From: Candidatus Dormibacteria bacterium
Lineage (GTDB): Bacteria > Chloroflexota > Dormibacteria > Aeolococcales > Bog-877
Assembly: GCA_049518775.1 (NCBI GenBank)
Contig: JBEKRL010000004.1
Coordinates: 4,968 to 68,967, forward strand
Direction of reading: 5' to 3'
DNA: 64,000 nt
Shown: one piece after another, positions 49,620-59,054 of the stretch
Numbering within the stretch: the stretch's first letter is position 1
How the letters are laid out: the number at the start of each line of letters is the position of its first letter
Position numbers and translations under genes: made by a program
Notes under the pieces: model-generated
Seen by the model: the letters and a program-made list of their open reading frames with translations, nothing else
The model's database searches: none
Told to the model about the DNA's origin: nothing

Positions 49620-49699
49620 CGGCGCCTCCTTGCAGTCGGACGGTCACTTCTGGCCAGAATCGACCAGTGCCACTCCGGCGGCACAGGCGTTCGTCGTGG

Positions 49700-49731
49700 G
49701 TGACCCCTCGGTTGAAGCCGATCAGTATAAT
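49700..49731 (+). promoter_or_regulatory. candidate promoter for plus-strand xdh operon (perfect TATAAT at 49726)
   Basis: TATAAT hexamer in 72% GC DNA, -35-like GTGACC ~19-20 nt upstream; 150 nt upstream of TTG 49883. Confidence 0.3.
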
Positions 49732-49882
49732 TCTGGGATGTCTGCCAGAGGATCGCGGGCTGCCTCCGGGAATTGGTGGGGCGCCCTCGGGTCGGCCAGC
49801 ATCACGCGGGGCTGGTGGCCCTGGCGGGTGGCGTCGGCAGGGCCGCCTTGGCGTCGGTCGCGACTCACAAGGTGGCCATGAC

Positions 49883-50806
49883 TTGACGGCTGCGGTCGGC
49901 GAGATCTATCTCGACCGAGGCCGGGCGGCAGCACCAGTTTCCCCAACCACCGTGCTGGTGGGGGTGCGCGGTGCGGGGGAGATGGCCACCGGGGTCATCC
50001 ACCGCCTGCGCCGGTCGGGGTTCCCCGTGGTGGCTGCGGAGATGGAGCAGCCGACGGTCGTTCGCCGCTCGGTGGCCTTCGCCAGCGCGGTCTGGGAGGG
50101 CCGCGTGGAGGTGGAGGGAGTCACCGCGGTGAGGGTCGACGACGGTGAGGGTGCGGCGGCGGCGTTGGGCTTGGGGCAGGTGGCCATCCTCGTGGACCCC
50201 AGCGCGGAGCTGCTGCTGGGGCTTCGCCCCCAGGTGCTGGTGGACGCCATCCTCGCCAAGCGCAATTGCGGCACCCGGCGGGCCGACGCTCCGCTGGTGA
50301 TCGGGCTCGGCCCGGGGTTCACCGCCGGGGACGATGTCGACGCCGTGGTCGAGACCAATCGGGGCCATCACCTCGGCCGTGTCCTGCTTCGGGGCAGCGC
50401 CCAGCCCAACACCGGGGTCCCCGCGCCTGTCGGCGGGCACAGCGCTGACCGGGTCCTGCGGGCGCCGCGCCCGGGCCGCCTGCTGGGGTGCCAGCGCATC
50501 GGCGATGAGGTGGCGGCCGGCACCGTGGTGGCAAGCGTGGATGGAGAGCCGGTGGTTTCGAGCATCGCGGGGACGCTGCGGGGCCTCCTGCATGACGGGG
50601 TGGAGGTCAGCAGCAACATGAAGGTCGGCGACGTCGACCCCCGCGCCGTCCCCGAATACTGCTTCACGATCTCCGACAAGGCCCGCGCCCTGGGGGGGGC
50701 GGTGCTGGAGGCAATCCTGATGCTCTATCCTCTCGCCGCCCAGCGCCCGGCCGGCGAGGTCGATGCCCTGACGGTGGCCGGCGGCGGGTGGCCAGGAACA
50801 TGTTGA
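49883..50806 (+). CDS. YqeB/EF2563-like (XdhC-Rossmann-like) selenium-dependent Mo-hydroxylase maturation protein candidate
   Basis: LVGVRGAGEMATGV Rossmann start and VIGLGPGFTAGDDVDAVVETNRGHHLGRV motif; TTG 49883 with AAGGTGG RBS (ORF open from 49667); family assignment from memory, not verified. Confidence 0.5.
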   Translation: MTAAVGEIYLDRGRAAAPVSPTTVLVGVRGAGEMATGVIHRLRRSGFPVVAAEMEQPTVVRRSVAFASAVWEGRVEVEGVTAVRVDDGEGAAAALGLGQVAILVDPSAELLLGLRPQVLVDAILAKRNCGTRRADAPLVIGLGPGFTAGDDVDAVVETNRGHHLGRVLLRGSAQPNTGVPAPVGGHSADRVLRAPRPGRLLGCQRIGDEVAAGTVVASVDGEPVVSSIAGTLRGLLHDGVEVSSNMKVGDVDPRAVPEYCFTISDKARALGGAVLEAILMLYPLAAQRPAGEVDALTVAGGGWPGTC

Positions 50807-51672
50807 GAATCGACGCCTACCACCGGCCTGCCACGCTCGACCTGGCGCTGGCACTGATGACGGAGGGCCGGACCGTCGTGGCGGGCGGGACCGACCTCCT
50901 GGTCAATCCTCGCTACCTGGTTGGGGTCACCGAGGTGGTGGACCTCGGTGACCTGCCGCTGGACTTCGTGGAGGTGGAACCGGACCTGATCCGCATCGGC
51001 GCCAATGCCACCATGGCCAGGGTGGCCGCCTCGCCGGAGGTTCGTGCCCTGGCTGACGGCATCGTCAGCCGGGGAGCGGCGGTCTGTGGGTCGCCCAACA
51101 TCCGCAACATGGCGACCCTGGTCGGCAACGTGGCCTCCGCGCTTCCGTCCTCCGACACTCCGCCACCCCTCCTGGTCCTGGGGGCCCGGGTGGTGCTGCG
51201 GAGCCGCAGCGCCACCCGCCGGTTGGCGCTGGAGGAGTTCTTCCTCGGACCGGCGGTCAGCGCGCGTCGCCCGGATGAGCTGGTCGAGAGTGTGGAGATT
51301 CCCCGTCCGCGGCCCGGCACCAGGGGTGGCTTCTACAAGGTGAAGCGCACCGCCGACGACATCGCCATCGTCAACAGCGCGGCCTGCCTGTGTGTCGAAG
51401 AGGGGCGGATAGCCTTCGCCCGAGTGGTGGTGGGAGCGGTGGCGCCCGTCCCGCTGCGGATTGCGGCTGCGGAGCAGCACCTGCTCGGTCGGCAGCCAAG
51501 CGAAGAGGTGCTCGCGGAGGCCGGCCGCCTCGCGGCCGCCGCCGCCCGGCCCATCACCGACCAGCGGGCGACGGCGGAGCATCGACGCCATCTGGCCGGG
51601 GTCTGCGCGACTCGTGCCCTGCGCCAGGCGGCGGGGCTGGATCCCCACGGCGCGGAGCTGGAGCATGCCTGA
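50800..51672 (+). CDS. xanthine dehydrogenase family FAD-binding subunit
   Basis: FAD-binding domain of molybdopterin dehydrogenases (VAGGTDLL...NMATLVGNVASA); ATG overlaps upstream stop (ATGTTGA). Confidence 0.75.
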   Translation: MLRIDAYHRPATLDLALALMTEGRTVVAGGTDLLVNPRYLVGVTEVVDLGDLPLDFVEVEPDLIRIGANATMARVAASPEVRALADGIVSRGAAVCGSPNIRNMATLVGNVASALPSSDTPPPLLVLGARVVLRSRSATRRLALEEFFLGPAVSARRPDELVESVEIPRPRPGTRGGFYKVKRTADDIAIVNSAACLCVEEGRIAFARVVVGAVAPVPLRIAAAEQHLLGRQPSEEVLAEAGRLAAAAARPITDQRATAEHRRHLAGVCATRALRQAAGLDPHGAELEHA

Positions 51673-52213
51673 GCCGACCCCGGTCACCATCGAGTGCACG
51701 GTCAACGGCCGGCTGCACCGCTGGCAGTCGCCGCCCGGGGCCACCCTGCTGGAGGCCCTCCGGGAGGCCCACGTGCGGGGGCCCAAGCTGGTGTGTGGCA
51801 CCGGCGACTGCTGCGCCTGTGGAGTCATGCTCAACGGGCGTTCGGTGAACTCCTGCTGCACCCTGGCGGCCCAGGCCGCGGGGGCGACCGTGCTCACCGT
51901 GGAGGGTTTGGCCGAGGATGGCCAGCTTCATCCCCTCCAGGCTGCCTTCCTGGAGACCGGCGCGGCCCAATGCGGCTTCTGCACCCCCGGCCTCCTCATC
52001 CGCGCCTACGCGCTCCTGCAGGCCCAGCCCGATCCCGACGAGGCGGCGGTGCGGGTCGCCCTCGGTGGCAACATCTGCCGCTGCACCGGCTACGTCAAGC
52101 CGGTGGAGGCCGTGTTGGAGGCAGCCAGGCGGATGCGGGCGGCGGCGGCGGATGCCACCCGCCAGGGGTCGGTCGAGCCCGGACTGCCCGCCTCGGACTC
52201 CGCCCTCCGATGA
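51665..52213 (+). CDS. xanthine dehydrogenase family [2Fe-2S] small subunit
   Basis: CGTGDCCACGV and CGFCTPG, NICRCTGY motifs; ATG overlaps upstream stop. Confidence 0.85.
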   Translation: MPEPTPVTIECTVNGRLHRWQSPPGATLLEALREAHVRGPKLVCGTGDCCACGVMLNGRSVNSCCTLAAQAAGATVLTVEGLAEDGQLHPLQAAFLETGAAQCGFCTPGLLIRAYALLQAQPDPDEAAVRVALGGNICRCTGYVKPVEAVLEAARRMRAAAADATRQGSVEPGLPASDSALR

Positions 52214-54687
52214 GCACCCGCACGCCACCACGCAGCGCCCCGCCGGGCGCGCCGGGCGTCGCCCCGCCCCTGCGCGTGGTCGGCAGGGGGCTGCCCCGGG
52301 TCGACGGGCGGGCCCTGGTCACGGGCAGCCCCGTGTACACGGCGGACATGGACGTGCCGGACATGCTCCACGGCAAGATCCTGCACTCGCCGCTGGCCCA
52401 TGCCCGGATCGTGGCCATCGACACCGGCGCCGCTCGGGCCCTGCCGGGGGTTCGCGCGGTGCTGACCCACTTAGACGTGCCCGCGATCCTTCACGCCACC
52501 GCCGGCCAACCCTTCCCGGAGCTATCGCCCTACGACACCCGACTGCTCGATCCCCACCTGCGTTATGTCGGGGACTGGGTCGCCCTGGTGGCGGCCGAGA
52601 GCGAGGCCATCGCGGAGGCGGCGCTGGCGCTGATCAAGGTGACCTACCAGGAGCTGCCGGCAGTGTTCGACCCCGTCGAGGCGATGCGCGACGGCGCCCC
52701 TAAGCTCCACGAGCCCGACGTCGCCCACCCGCTCTTCGAGCGGTCGCCCGGGCCCACCTATGACGCGCGGCACAACATCGCCGGCCACGAGGAGATCTGG
52801 CGCGGGGCCGACTTCGCGACCACCATGGCCGCGGCCGACCACATCGTCACCGGGACCTACCACACTCCGCGGATCGCCCACTGCGCGCTGGAGCCCCACG
52901 TGGCGATCGCCCACGCCGACGGATACGACCGGCTCAACGTTTGGAGCAGCACCCAGGTCCCATACCACACCCGCCGTCAGCTGGCCCGGGTCCTCCAGTG
53001 GCCGGTCTCGCGCATCCGCGTGATCAAGCTGCGCGTGGGCGGCGGCTTCGGCGGTAAGCAGGAGATGGTGCTCGAGCCCGCGGTCGCGGTCCTGGCGATG
53101 GCCACCGGACGACCGGTGCGGATCCTCTACAGTCGCCAGGAGGAGTTCGCCGCCAGCCGGGTCCGGCACCCGATGACCATTCACATGCGCTCTGGGGTGG
53201 CCAGCGACGGGACCCTTCTCGCCCTGGAGATGCGCGTCATCTCTGACACCGGGGCCTACGGGGGGCACGGTCTGACGGTGGCCCAAGGGGCTGGTCACAA
53301 GACGCTCTGTCTCTACCGGGCCCGCGCCTATCACTTCGTGGCCGACGCGGTCTACACCAACTCGCCGGTGTCGGGAGCGATGCGCGGCTACGGGGCACCC
53401 CAGGGGTACTTCGCACTGGAGTCGCACATGGACGAGATCGCGGCCAGGCTGGGGCTGGACCCCCTCGACTTCCGCCGCCGCAACCATGTCCGCCGGGGCG
53501 ACTACGACCCCATCAATCTGGACTCCTCCTCAGGAGTGCCGCGGTCACAGCGGCACTTTCGCTCCTGTGCCCTGCCGGAGTGCCTCACCCGGGGCGCCGA
53601 GGCGATCGGCTGGGACCTGCCGTTCGATCGTGGTCAGGGGGTCGTGCGGCGCGGCCGTGGCCTGGCCACCGCCATGCAGGGCAGCGGCGTCGCCGGTTCA
53701 GAGCTGGGCGGGGCCAGCATCAAGATGAACGAGGACGGCTCCTTCAACGTGATGACCGGGGCCACCGACATCGGCCAGGGCAGTGACACCGTCCTGGCTC
53801 AGATCGCGGCCGAGACCCTCGGCGTCGGGCTGGACAAGATCATCATGCACTCGTCCGACACTGACATCGACGTGTTCGACTACGGCTCCTACGCCTCCTC
53901 CACCACCTTCGTCACCGGCACCGGGGTGCGGCTGGCCGCCGAGGCGGTCCGGGACCAGATCCTGGCGGTGGCGGCCCGGATGACGGGGTGCCCCGCCGCC
54001 GACCTGCACCTGGAGGATGGGCGTGTCCACGCCGCCGGTGGGCCCCTCGGGCTCACCCTGGCCGAGGTGGCGCTAGAGACCCTCTACGGTTCCCGGCGAC
54101 AGCAGATCATGGCCAGCGGGCACGCCTCCTGCCATGACTCGCCTCCACCCTTCCACGCCCAGTTCGTGGAGATTGCCGTCGACTGCGAGACGGGCCAGAT
54201 CCGGGTTGAACGCTCCGTCAATGCCATCGACATGGGTCGGGCCATCAACCCCCGCCTTGCCAGCGGCCAGGTGGAGGGGGCGATCGCGATGGGGCTGGGA
54301 TTCGCGCTCAGCGAGGAGCTGCTGATGGACGAGCGCGGGCAGGTCCGCAATCCCGCCTTCGTCGATTACAAGGTGCTCTCCTGCCTCGACATGCCCGCCA
54401 TGACCACCATCCTGGTGGACGACCCCGAGCCCACCGGTCCCTTCGGGGCGAAGTCCTGCGGCGAGGTCCCGATCAACACCCCGGCTCCGGCCGTGGCCAA
54501 CGCCCTCTTTGATGCGCTGGGCATCCGGGTGCGCAGTCTGCCGATCACCGCCGAGAAGGTGCTGGCCGCCCTCCGGGCCAGGGACTCTGCGCCGACCGGG
54601 CCGGTCGCTCACCCCGGTGGCCCCTTCGCTCCGCAGGACGGCGCGGGGCACCAGTCGGTGCCCCGGTGCTCCGGCCCGGGATCGTGA
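52210..54687 (+). CDS. xanthine dehydrogenase family molybdopterin-binding large subunit
   Basis: a/b hammerhead + MoCo-binding domains, 825 aa; ATGA overlap with FeS subunit. Confidence 0.85.
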   Translation: MSTRTPPRSAPPGAPGVAPPLRVVGRGLPRVDGRALVTGSPVYTADMDVPDMLHGKILHSPLAHARIVAIDTGAARALPGVRAVLTHLDVPAILHATAGQPFPELSPYDTRLLDPHLRYVGDWVALVAAESEAIAEAALALIKVTYQELPAVFDPVEAMRDGAPKLHEPDVAHPLFERSPGPTYDARHNIAGHEEIWRGADFATTMAAADHIVTGTYHTPRIAHCALEPHVAIAHADGYDRLNVWSSTQVPYHTRRQLARVLQWPVSRIRVIKLRVGGGFGGKQEMVLEPAVAVLAMATGRPVRILYSRQEEFAASRVRHPMTIHMRSGVASDGTLLALEMRVISDTGAYGGHGLTVAQGAGHKTLCLYRARAYHFVADAVYTNSPVSGAMRGYGAPQGYFALESHMDEIAARLGLDPLDFRRRNHVRRGDYDPINLDSSSGVPRSQRHFRSCALPECLTRGAEAIGWDLPFDRGQGVVRRGRGLATAMQGSGVAGSELGGASIKMNEDGSFNVMTGATDIGQGSDTVLAQIAAETLGVGLDKIIMHSSDTDIDVFDYGSYASSTTFVTGTGVRLAAEAVRDQILAVAARMTGCPAADLHLEDGRVHAAGGPLGLTLAEVALETLYGSRRQQIMASGHASCHDSPPPFHAQFVEIAVDCETGQIRVERSVNAIDMGRAINPRLASGQVEGAIAMGLGFALSEELLMDERGQVRNPAFVDYKVLSCLDMPAMTTILVDDPEPTGPFGAKSCGEVPINTPAPAVANALFDALGIRVRSLPITAEKVLAALRARDSAPTGPVAHPGGPFAPQDGAGHQSVPRCSGPGS

Positions 54688-55877
54688 CCAGCCCGCACCC
54701 GGATGGTGCTGCCGTCTTCGCCGTCCTCGGTGAGTTGCTGGCCCGGGGGGAGGCGGTGGCCCTGGCCACTATCGTCGGGCAGCGCGGCTCGACGCCGCGC
54801 GAGATCGGAACCAAGATGTTGGTCCGCTCGAACGGGGCCATCGTCGGCACCGTGGGCGGTGGAGCGGCCGAGGCGGAGGTCTGCCGGCAGGCGGCGGTGG
54901 TGCTGGAGAGCGGTCGGTCCCAGCTCCTCACCCTCGACTTCAACGGCACCCTGGAGCAGCCGGGGCTGGGCATCTGCGGGGGCAGCGTCGACGTGTTCAT
55001 CGAGTCCTGGAGCAGCTGTCCCCCCCAGGCCGCGCCCGGCCCAGAGGCGGTCGGTGGGGCCGCGGAGGTTGTCCGCGCCGCAGTGGGCGCCCTGGAGGAG
55101 GGCCGTCCCGTCACCCTGGTCACGGTGATTGACGCCGAGGGCCGCTGGGCGGCCGCTGCCGGCGCGCGGATCCTTTTCGGCGACCGCGGGCCAGTCAGTG
55201 CGGTCACCGCCCCGGAGGAGCTGATGGCCCAGGCGGCGCTGGCCACAGTCGGCCCGCGGCCCGGGCCGACGGCAGGGACCTGGGTCCGGACGCTTACCGC
55301 GGGGGACGGCGTCGCGCAGGCCCGGGTCCTGGTCGAGCCGCTGCGCCCGCCGGAGGCGCTCCTCATCATGGGTGGCGGGCACATCGCCCAGCCCTTGGCC
55401 GCGATCGCCACCATCTGCGGCCTCGCCGTGACCGTTGTCGACGACCGCCCGGGCCTTGCCACCCCGGCCCGCTTCCCAACGGCTCGAGCCGTGACGGCCG
55501 ATGCGGCCAGCTTCCTGGCCCAGCGCCTCCCCGGGGCCGAGACCCATGTGGTGTTCGTGAGCCGGGGGCCAGCGCAGGACATGGCCGGGCTGCGGGCTCT
55601 CCTGAACTCCGCCGCCGGCGGTTACGTGGGGCTGATCGGCAGTGAACGCCGGGTCTGGTCCGTGCTCACGGCGCTCCGCGCCGAGGGCGTGCCAGCGGAA
55701 CAGTTGGCCCGGGTCCACGGGCCGGTGGGGCTCGCCCTCGGCGGCACGTCACCGGCGGAGATCGCCCTGGAGATCATGGCCGAGATGCTGGGGTGGCGGC
55801 ACCAGAGCACCGGTCAGGAGCGGTCGGCCCGCCTGCGCCGGCGCCTCCTCACTCCGGTGGCGCCGGCCTCAGGCTGA
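54684..55877 (+). CDS. XdhC/CoxI family molybdenum-cofactor insertion accessory protein
   Basis: XdhC N-domain (AVLGELLARGEAVALATIVG..GSTPR) + Rossmann C-domain (LLIMGGGHIAQPLA); GTGA overlap with large subunit. Confidence 0.75.
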   Translation: MTSPHPDGAAVFAVLGELLARGEAVALATIVGQRGSTPREIGTKMLVRSNGAIVGTVGGGAAEAEVCRQAAVVLESGRSQLLTLDFNGTLEQPGLGICGGSVDVFIESWSSCPPQAAPGPEAVGGAAEVVRAAVGALEEGRPVTLVTVIDAEGRWAAAAGARILFGDRGPVSAVTAPEELMAQAALATVGPRPGPTAGTWVRTLTAGDGVAQARVLVEPLRPPEALLIMGGGHIAQPLAAIATICGLAVTVVDDRPGLATPARFPTARAVTADAASFLAQRLPGAETHVVFVSRGPAQDMAGLRALLNSAAGGYVGLIGSERRVWSVLTALRAEGVPAEQLARVHGPVGLALGGTSPAEIALEIMAEMLGWRHQSTGQERSARLRRRLLTPVAPASG

Positions 55878-56358
55878 TCACCTGCGATTCGGGACGGACG
55901 ACCACCGCCGGGCAGTGGGCGTGGGTCGCGCAATGCTGGGAGACCGACCCCAGCAGGAGGCCGACAACCCCTCCGTGCCCCCGCGAGCCGACCACCCGCC
56001 GCGAGGCCCGTTCGCTGGCATCGGTCAGGAGCTGGGCGACTGAGCCCTCGACCGTCCTGCCCTCGATCTGAACCGCGGGGTGCTCCTGGGAAGCCGCGGC
56101 GATTTCCGTCGCCAGGACCTTCTGGTGGTAGTCGGTCAGCTCTTCCACGTCGGCGGGGTCGAAGAGGAAGCCGGGAGCTGCCGTGCCCAGGGTAGGGATG
56201 AGGTAGGAGCTGATCGCCAGGACCCGCTGGCCGCGGACCTCCGCCTCTCGGCCCGCCCACTCCAGGGCCTTGCGCGAGGCCTCTGAGCCGTCGACTCCGA
56301 CCACGATCGGAAGGGGCTGGCTCTCCGTTTCCGAGATGGTGTTCGGAGTTCTGGTCAT
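55849..56358 (-). CDS. universal stress protein (UspA family)
   Basis: IVVGVDGSEASRKALEWA ... GSRGHGGVVGLLLGSVSQHC motifs. Confidence 0.75.
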   Translation of the reverse strand: MTRTPNTISETESQPLPIVVGVDGSEASRKALEWAGREAEVRGQRVLAISSYLIPTLGTAAPGFLFDPADVEELTDYHQKVLATEIAAASQEHPAVQIEGRTVEGSVAQLLTDASERASRRVVGSRGHGGVVGLLLGSVSQHCATHAHCPAVVVRPESQVISLRPAPPE

Positions 56359-56543
56359 CGGACCCGGTGGCTTTATGCGGCGGTCGGGACGATGGCTGAG
56401 ACGTCTTGTGCAACCGCCTCCACCATCAGCCTCAGCTGGCGGCGCGGCAAAGATGTGACCCTGGCGCGCACCTCAGTTGGGGGGCGCTCCCTAGCGGCAG
56501 CGCCGATCCCGGCCGGTCTGGAAGGGGAGAGGGCGGCGCTACC

Positions 56544-58274
56544 ATGGGCGGCCAGGACATGAGCGCAGGTACGGGAAGGGCGGACGCGAATCCGCAATCA
56601 CCGCCCGCCGAGGACTTGGAGGCCGCCCTGATCGAGGCCGGGGTGCTGCTGGCCTCGGAGCTCACCCTCCCCGCAGTCCTGCGCCGGCTGGTTGAGATAG
56701 CGGTCCGGATCACCCACGCTCGCTACGGGGCCATGGGGGTGACCGGTCCCCACGGTGAACTCGTGGAGCTCATCACCGTCGGGCTCACCGACCAGGAGCG
56801 AGCCGCCATCGGTCCCGCCCCCCGGGGGCTGGGGATCCTGGGAGCTCTGCTCCACGATCCCCACCCGCTGCGGCTGAGCCGGCTTCAGGACGACCCCCGC
56901 TCGGTGGGCTTTCCTCCCCATCACCCCCCCATGACCTCCTTTCTGGGGGCCCCAGTCCGCGCCCGGGGCCAACTGGTGGGCAACCTGTACCTGACCGATA
57001 AGGAGGGCGGTCGGCCCTTCGACGGCGCCGACGAGGGCGCGGTGGCCACCCTGGCGACCCAGGCCGCAGTCGCCATCGCCAACGCCCAGACCTACCGGGA
57101 GCTGCGTCAGCGAGAGCGCTGGTTGGGGGCCCTCCACGAGATCACCGCGGCGCTGCTGGCCGGTGAGCCGCAGCAGACTCTGATGAACTCGATCGTGCGC
57201 AGCGCTCGGGAGGTGAGCGGAGCCGACCTGGCCGCGATCGCGCTGGCGGTGGGCGGGGGGTCGAGCGAGCTGCGCGTCGCCGCCGCCGACGGTGCCGGGG
57301 CGGACCGCATCCTGGGCACCCCCGCGATGGCGTCGCGTACCACCTTCCACAGCGTGCTGGGCACGGGGCGTCCGTTGATCGTCCGGCCCTCGCCGGGCGA
57401 CCGCTTCACCCAGTCTCTGCAGGGCGCCGGCATCCCGGTCGGGGTCCTGATGGTCGTCCCCCTGCTCATCCGCGAGCGCGCCAGCGGGGCGATCGTCCTG
57501 ATCCGCTCCGCCCCGGATGCCAACTTCAACTCCGAGGACCTCAGCCTGCTCGAGAGCTTCGCCAGCCAGGCGACCCTGGCGCTCGACTACGCCGCCGTCC
57601 AGGTCCAGTCCCGGCGCCTGGCGGTGATCGAGGAGCGCCATCGAATCGCCCGTGACCTCCACGACGAGCCGGTCCAAGCTCTGATCTACCTGGCCCGGCG
57701 GCTGGAGGCGATGGCACTGGAGGCGGCCGCCACCGGGACCGCCGCCACCCAGTTGGAGGACACCATGCAGCTGGCCGTGGCGGTGGCTGACGGCCTGCGG
57801 CAGCTCACCGAGGGGCTGCGGTCCGAGATTCTCGAGTACGAGGGTCTGCCGGCCGCCCTGGGTGACTTGGCCGAGCGCTTCAGCGCCCGGGTGGGGATCC
57901 CGGCCGAGGTGTCGATTCGAGATGAGCTCCAGCGCTCGACGCCGGAGGTGGAGCGCGGCCTGCTCCGGGTGGCTCAGGAGGCGCTCAGCAACGTCGAGCG
58001 GCACGCCCAGGCCCGGCGGGTCCGGCTGGACCTGGCCGTGCGAGCCGGCCAGCTCAGTCTCCGGGTGGCTGACGACGGGGTCGGGTTCCTCGTCTCCGGA
58101 GAAGGCGCGGTCAGGCCGGGACTGGGGACGATCGGCATGCGCGAGCGGATGGAGCTGATGGGCGGCCGGCTCCTGATCTGGTCCCGACCACGCCGCGGAA
58201 CCCTGGTGGTGGCCAGGCTCCCCAACGACGTGTACCAGCGGGCCGGTGGCAACCACGCCGGTGGCAATAGGTGA
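56544..58274 (+). CDS. sensor histidine kinase, tandem GAF - HisKA_3 - HATPase_c (DosS/DevS-like)
   Basis: two GAF-like domains, H-box ERHRIARDLHDEPVQAL, HATPase motifs (RVADDGVGF, GLGTIGMRERMELMGGRL); ATG 56544. Confidence 0.8.
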   Translation: MGGQDMSAGTGRADANPQSPPAEDLEAALIEAGVLLASELTLPAVLRRLVEIAVRITHARYGAMGVTGPHGELVELITVGLTDQERAAIGPAPRGLGILGALLHDPHPLRLSRLQDDPRSVGFPPHHPPMTSFLGAPVRARGQLVGNLYLTDKEGGRPFDGADEGAVATLATQAAVAIANAQTYRELRQRERWLGALHEITAALLAGEPQQTLMNSIVRSAREVSGADLAAIALAVGGGSSELRVAAADGAGADRILGTPAMASRTTFHSVLGTGRPLIVRPSPGDRFTQSLQGAGIPVGVLMVVPLLIRERASGAIVLIRSAPDANFNSEDLSLLESFASQATLALDYAAVQVQSRRLAVIEERHRIARDLHDEPVQALIYLARRLEAMALEAAATGTAATQLEDTMQLAVAVADGLRQLTEGLRSEILEYEGLPAALGDLAERFSARVGIPAEVSIRDELQRSTPEVERGLLRVAQEALSNVERHAQARRVRLDLAVRAGQLSLRVADDGVGFLVSGEGAVRPGLGTIGMRERMELMGGRLLIWSRPRRGTLVVARLPNDVYQRAGGNHAGGNR

Positions 58275-58981
58275 TTTCTCGGAGCCCCGGGCCGGACGAA
58301 GCGGGTAGCCTCGACCCCGTGACGGGTGCGGGCGTGACCACCATCGTGCTGGCGGAGGACCACGCCCTGGTGCGTGAGGGCACCAGGCAGATCCTCTCGG
58401 CACAGAGCGACCTCAGGGTCGTGGGGGAGGCCGCCAGGGGCGACGAGGCGGTGCGGGTGGTCCTGGAACTGCGTCCGGACGTGGTCCTGATGGACATGCG
58501 CATGCCGGGGATGAACGGGATCGAGGCGACGCGCCAGATTCTGGCCCGGGCACCGGCCACCAAGGTCGTCATCGTCAGCGCCCATGAGGACGCCGACTAC
58601 GTTCGCGAGGCGCTGGCCGTGGGAGCGGCCGGCTACATCCTCAAGACGGCGCCGGCCCGGGAGCTGGTGGAGGGCATCCGTGCGGTGGCCGTGGGTTCGC
58701 TGGTGCTCTCGCCCAGCCTCTCCCGGCGTCTGGCCCAGTCCCGCGACGAGCCCGCCAGGGCCAGCGACCGGCTGAGCGCCCGGGAGCTGGCGGTGCTTCG
58801 TGAGATCGCCCTGGGTCACGGGAACAAGGAGATCGCCCGCGACCTGGGCATCAGCCTGCGCACGGTCGAGGGCCATCTCCACAACATCTTCGAGAAGTTG
58901 CGGGTCACCTCCAGGACCGAGGCGGTGGTGTACGCGGCCAACCGCGGGATCGTCTCCATCGAGTCGACCGAGGCCAGATGA
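58271..58981 (+). CDS. response regulator, NarL/FixJ (LuxR-type HTH) family (DosR/DevR-like)
   Basis: REC domain (IVLAEDHALVREG...DVVLMDMRMPGMNG) + LuxR HTH (LSARELAVLREIALGHGNKEIARDLGISLRTVEGH); GTGA overlap with kinase. Confidence 0.8.
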   Translation: MISRSPGPDEAGSLDPVTGAGVTTIVLAEDHALVREGTRQILSAQSDLRVVGEAARGDEAVRVVLELRPDVVLMDMRMPGMNGIEATRQILARAPATKVVIVSAHEDADYVREALAVGAAGYILKTAPARELVEGIRAVAVGSLVLSPSLSRRLAQSRDEPARASDRLSARELAVLREIALGHGNKEIARDLGISLRTVEGHLHNIFEKLRVTSRTEAVVYAANRGIVSIESTEAR

Positions 58982-59054
58982 GCCTCCCGTCGGCTCGTTC
59001 CGGCAGGTACCGGACGGAGTTGGTGCGACTCGTGGCCTAGGGGACGGCGGCCGA

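Noticed and set aside
50725-51897. 390-aa minus-strand ORF over FAD/FeS subunit genes
   Set aside because: Antisense shadow of translationally coupled xdh genes.
56598-58403. 601-aa minus-strand ORF opposite the GAF histidine kinase
   Set aside because: Shadow ORF; kinase motifs (H-box, HATPase) are on the plus strand.
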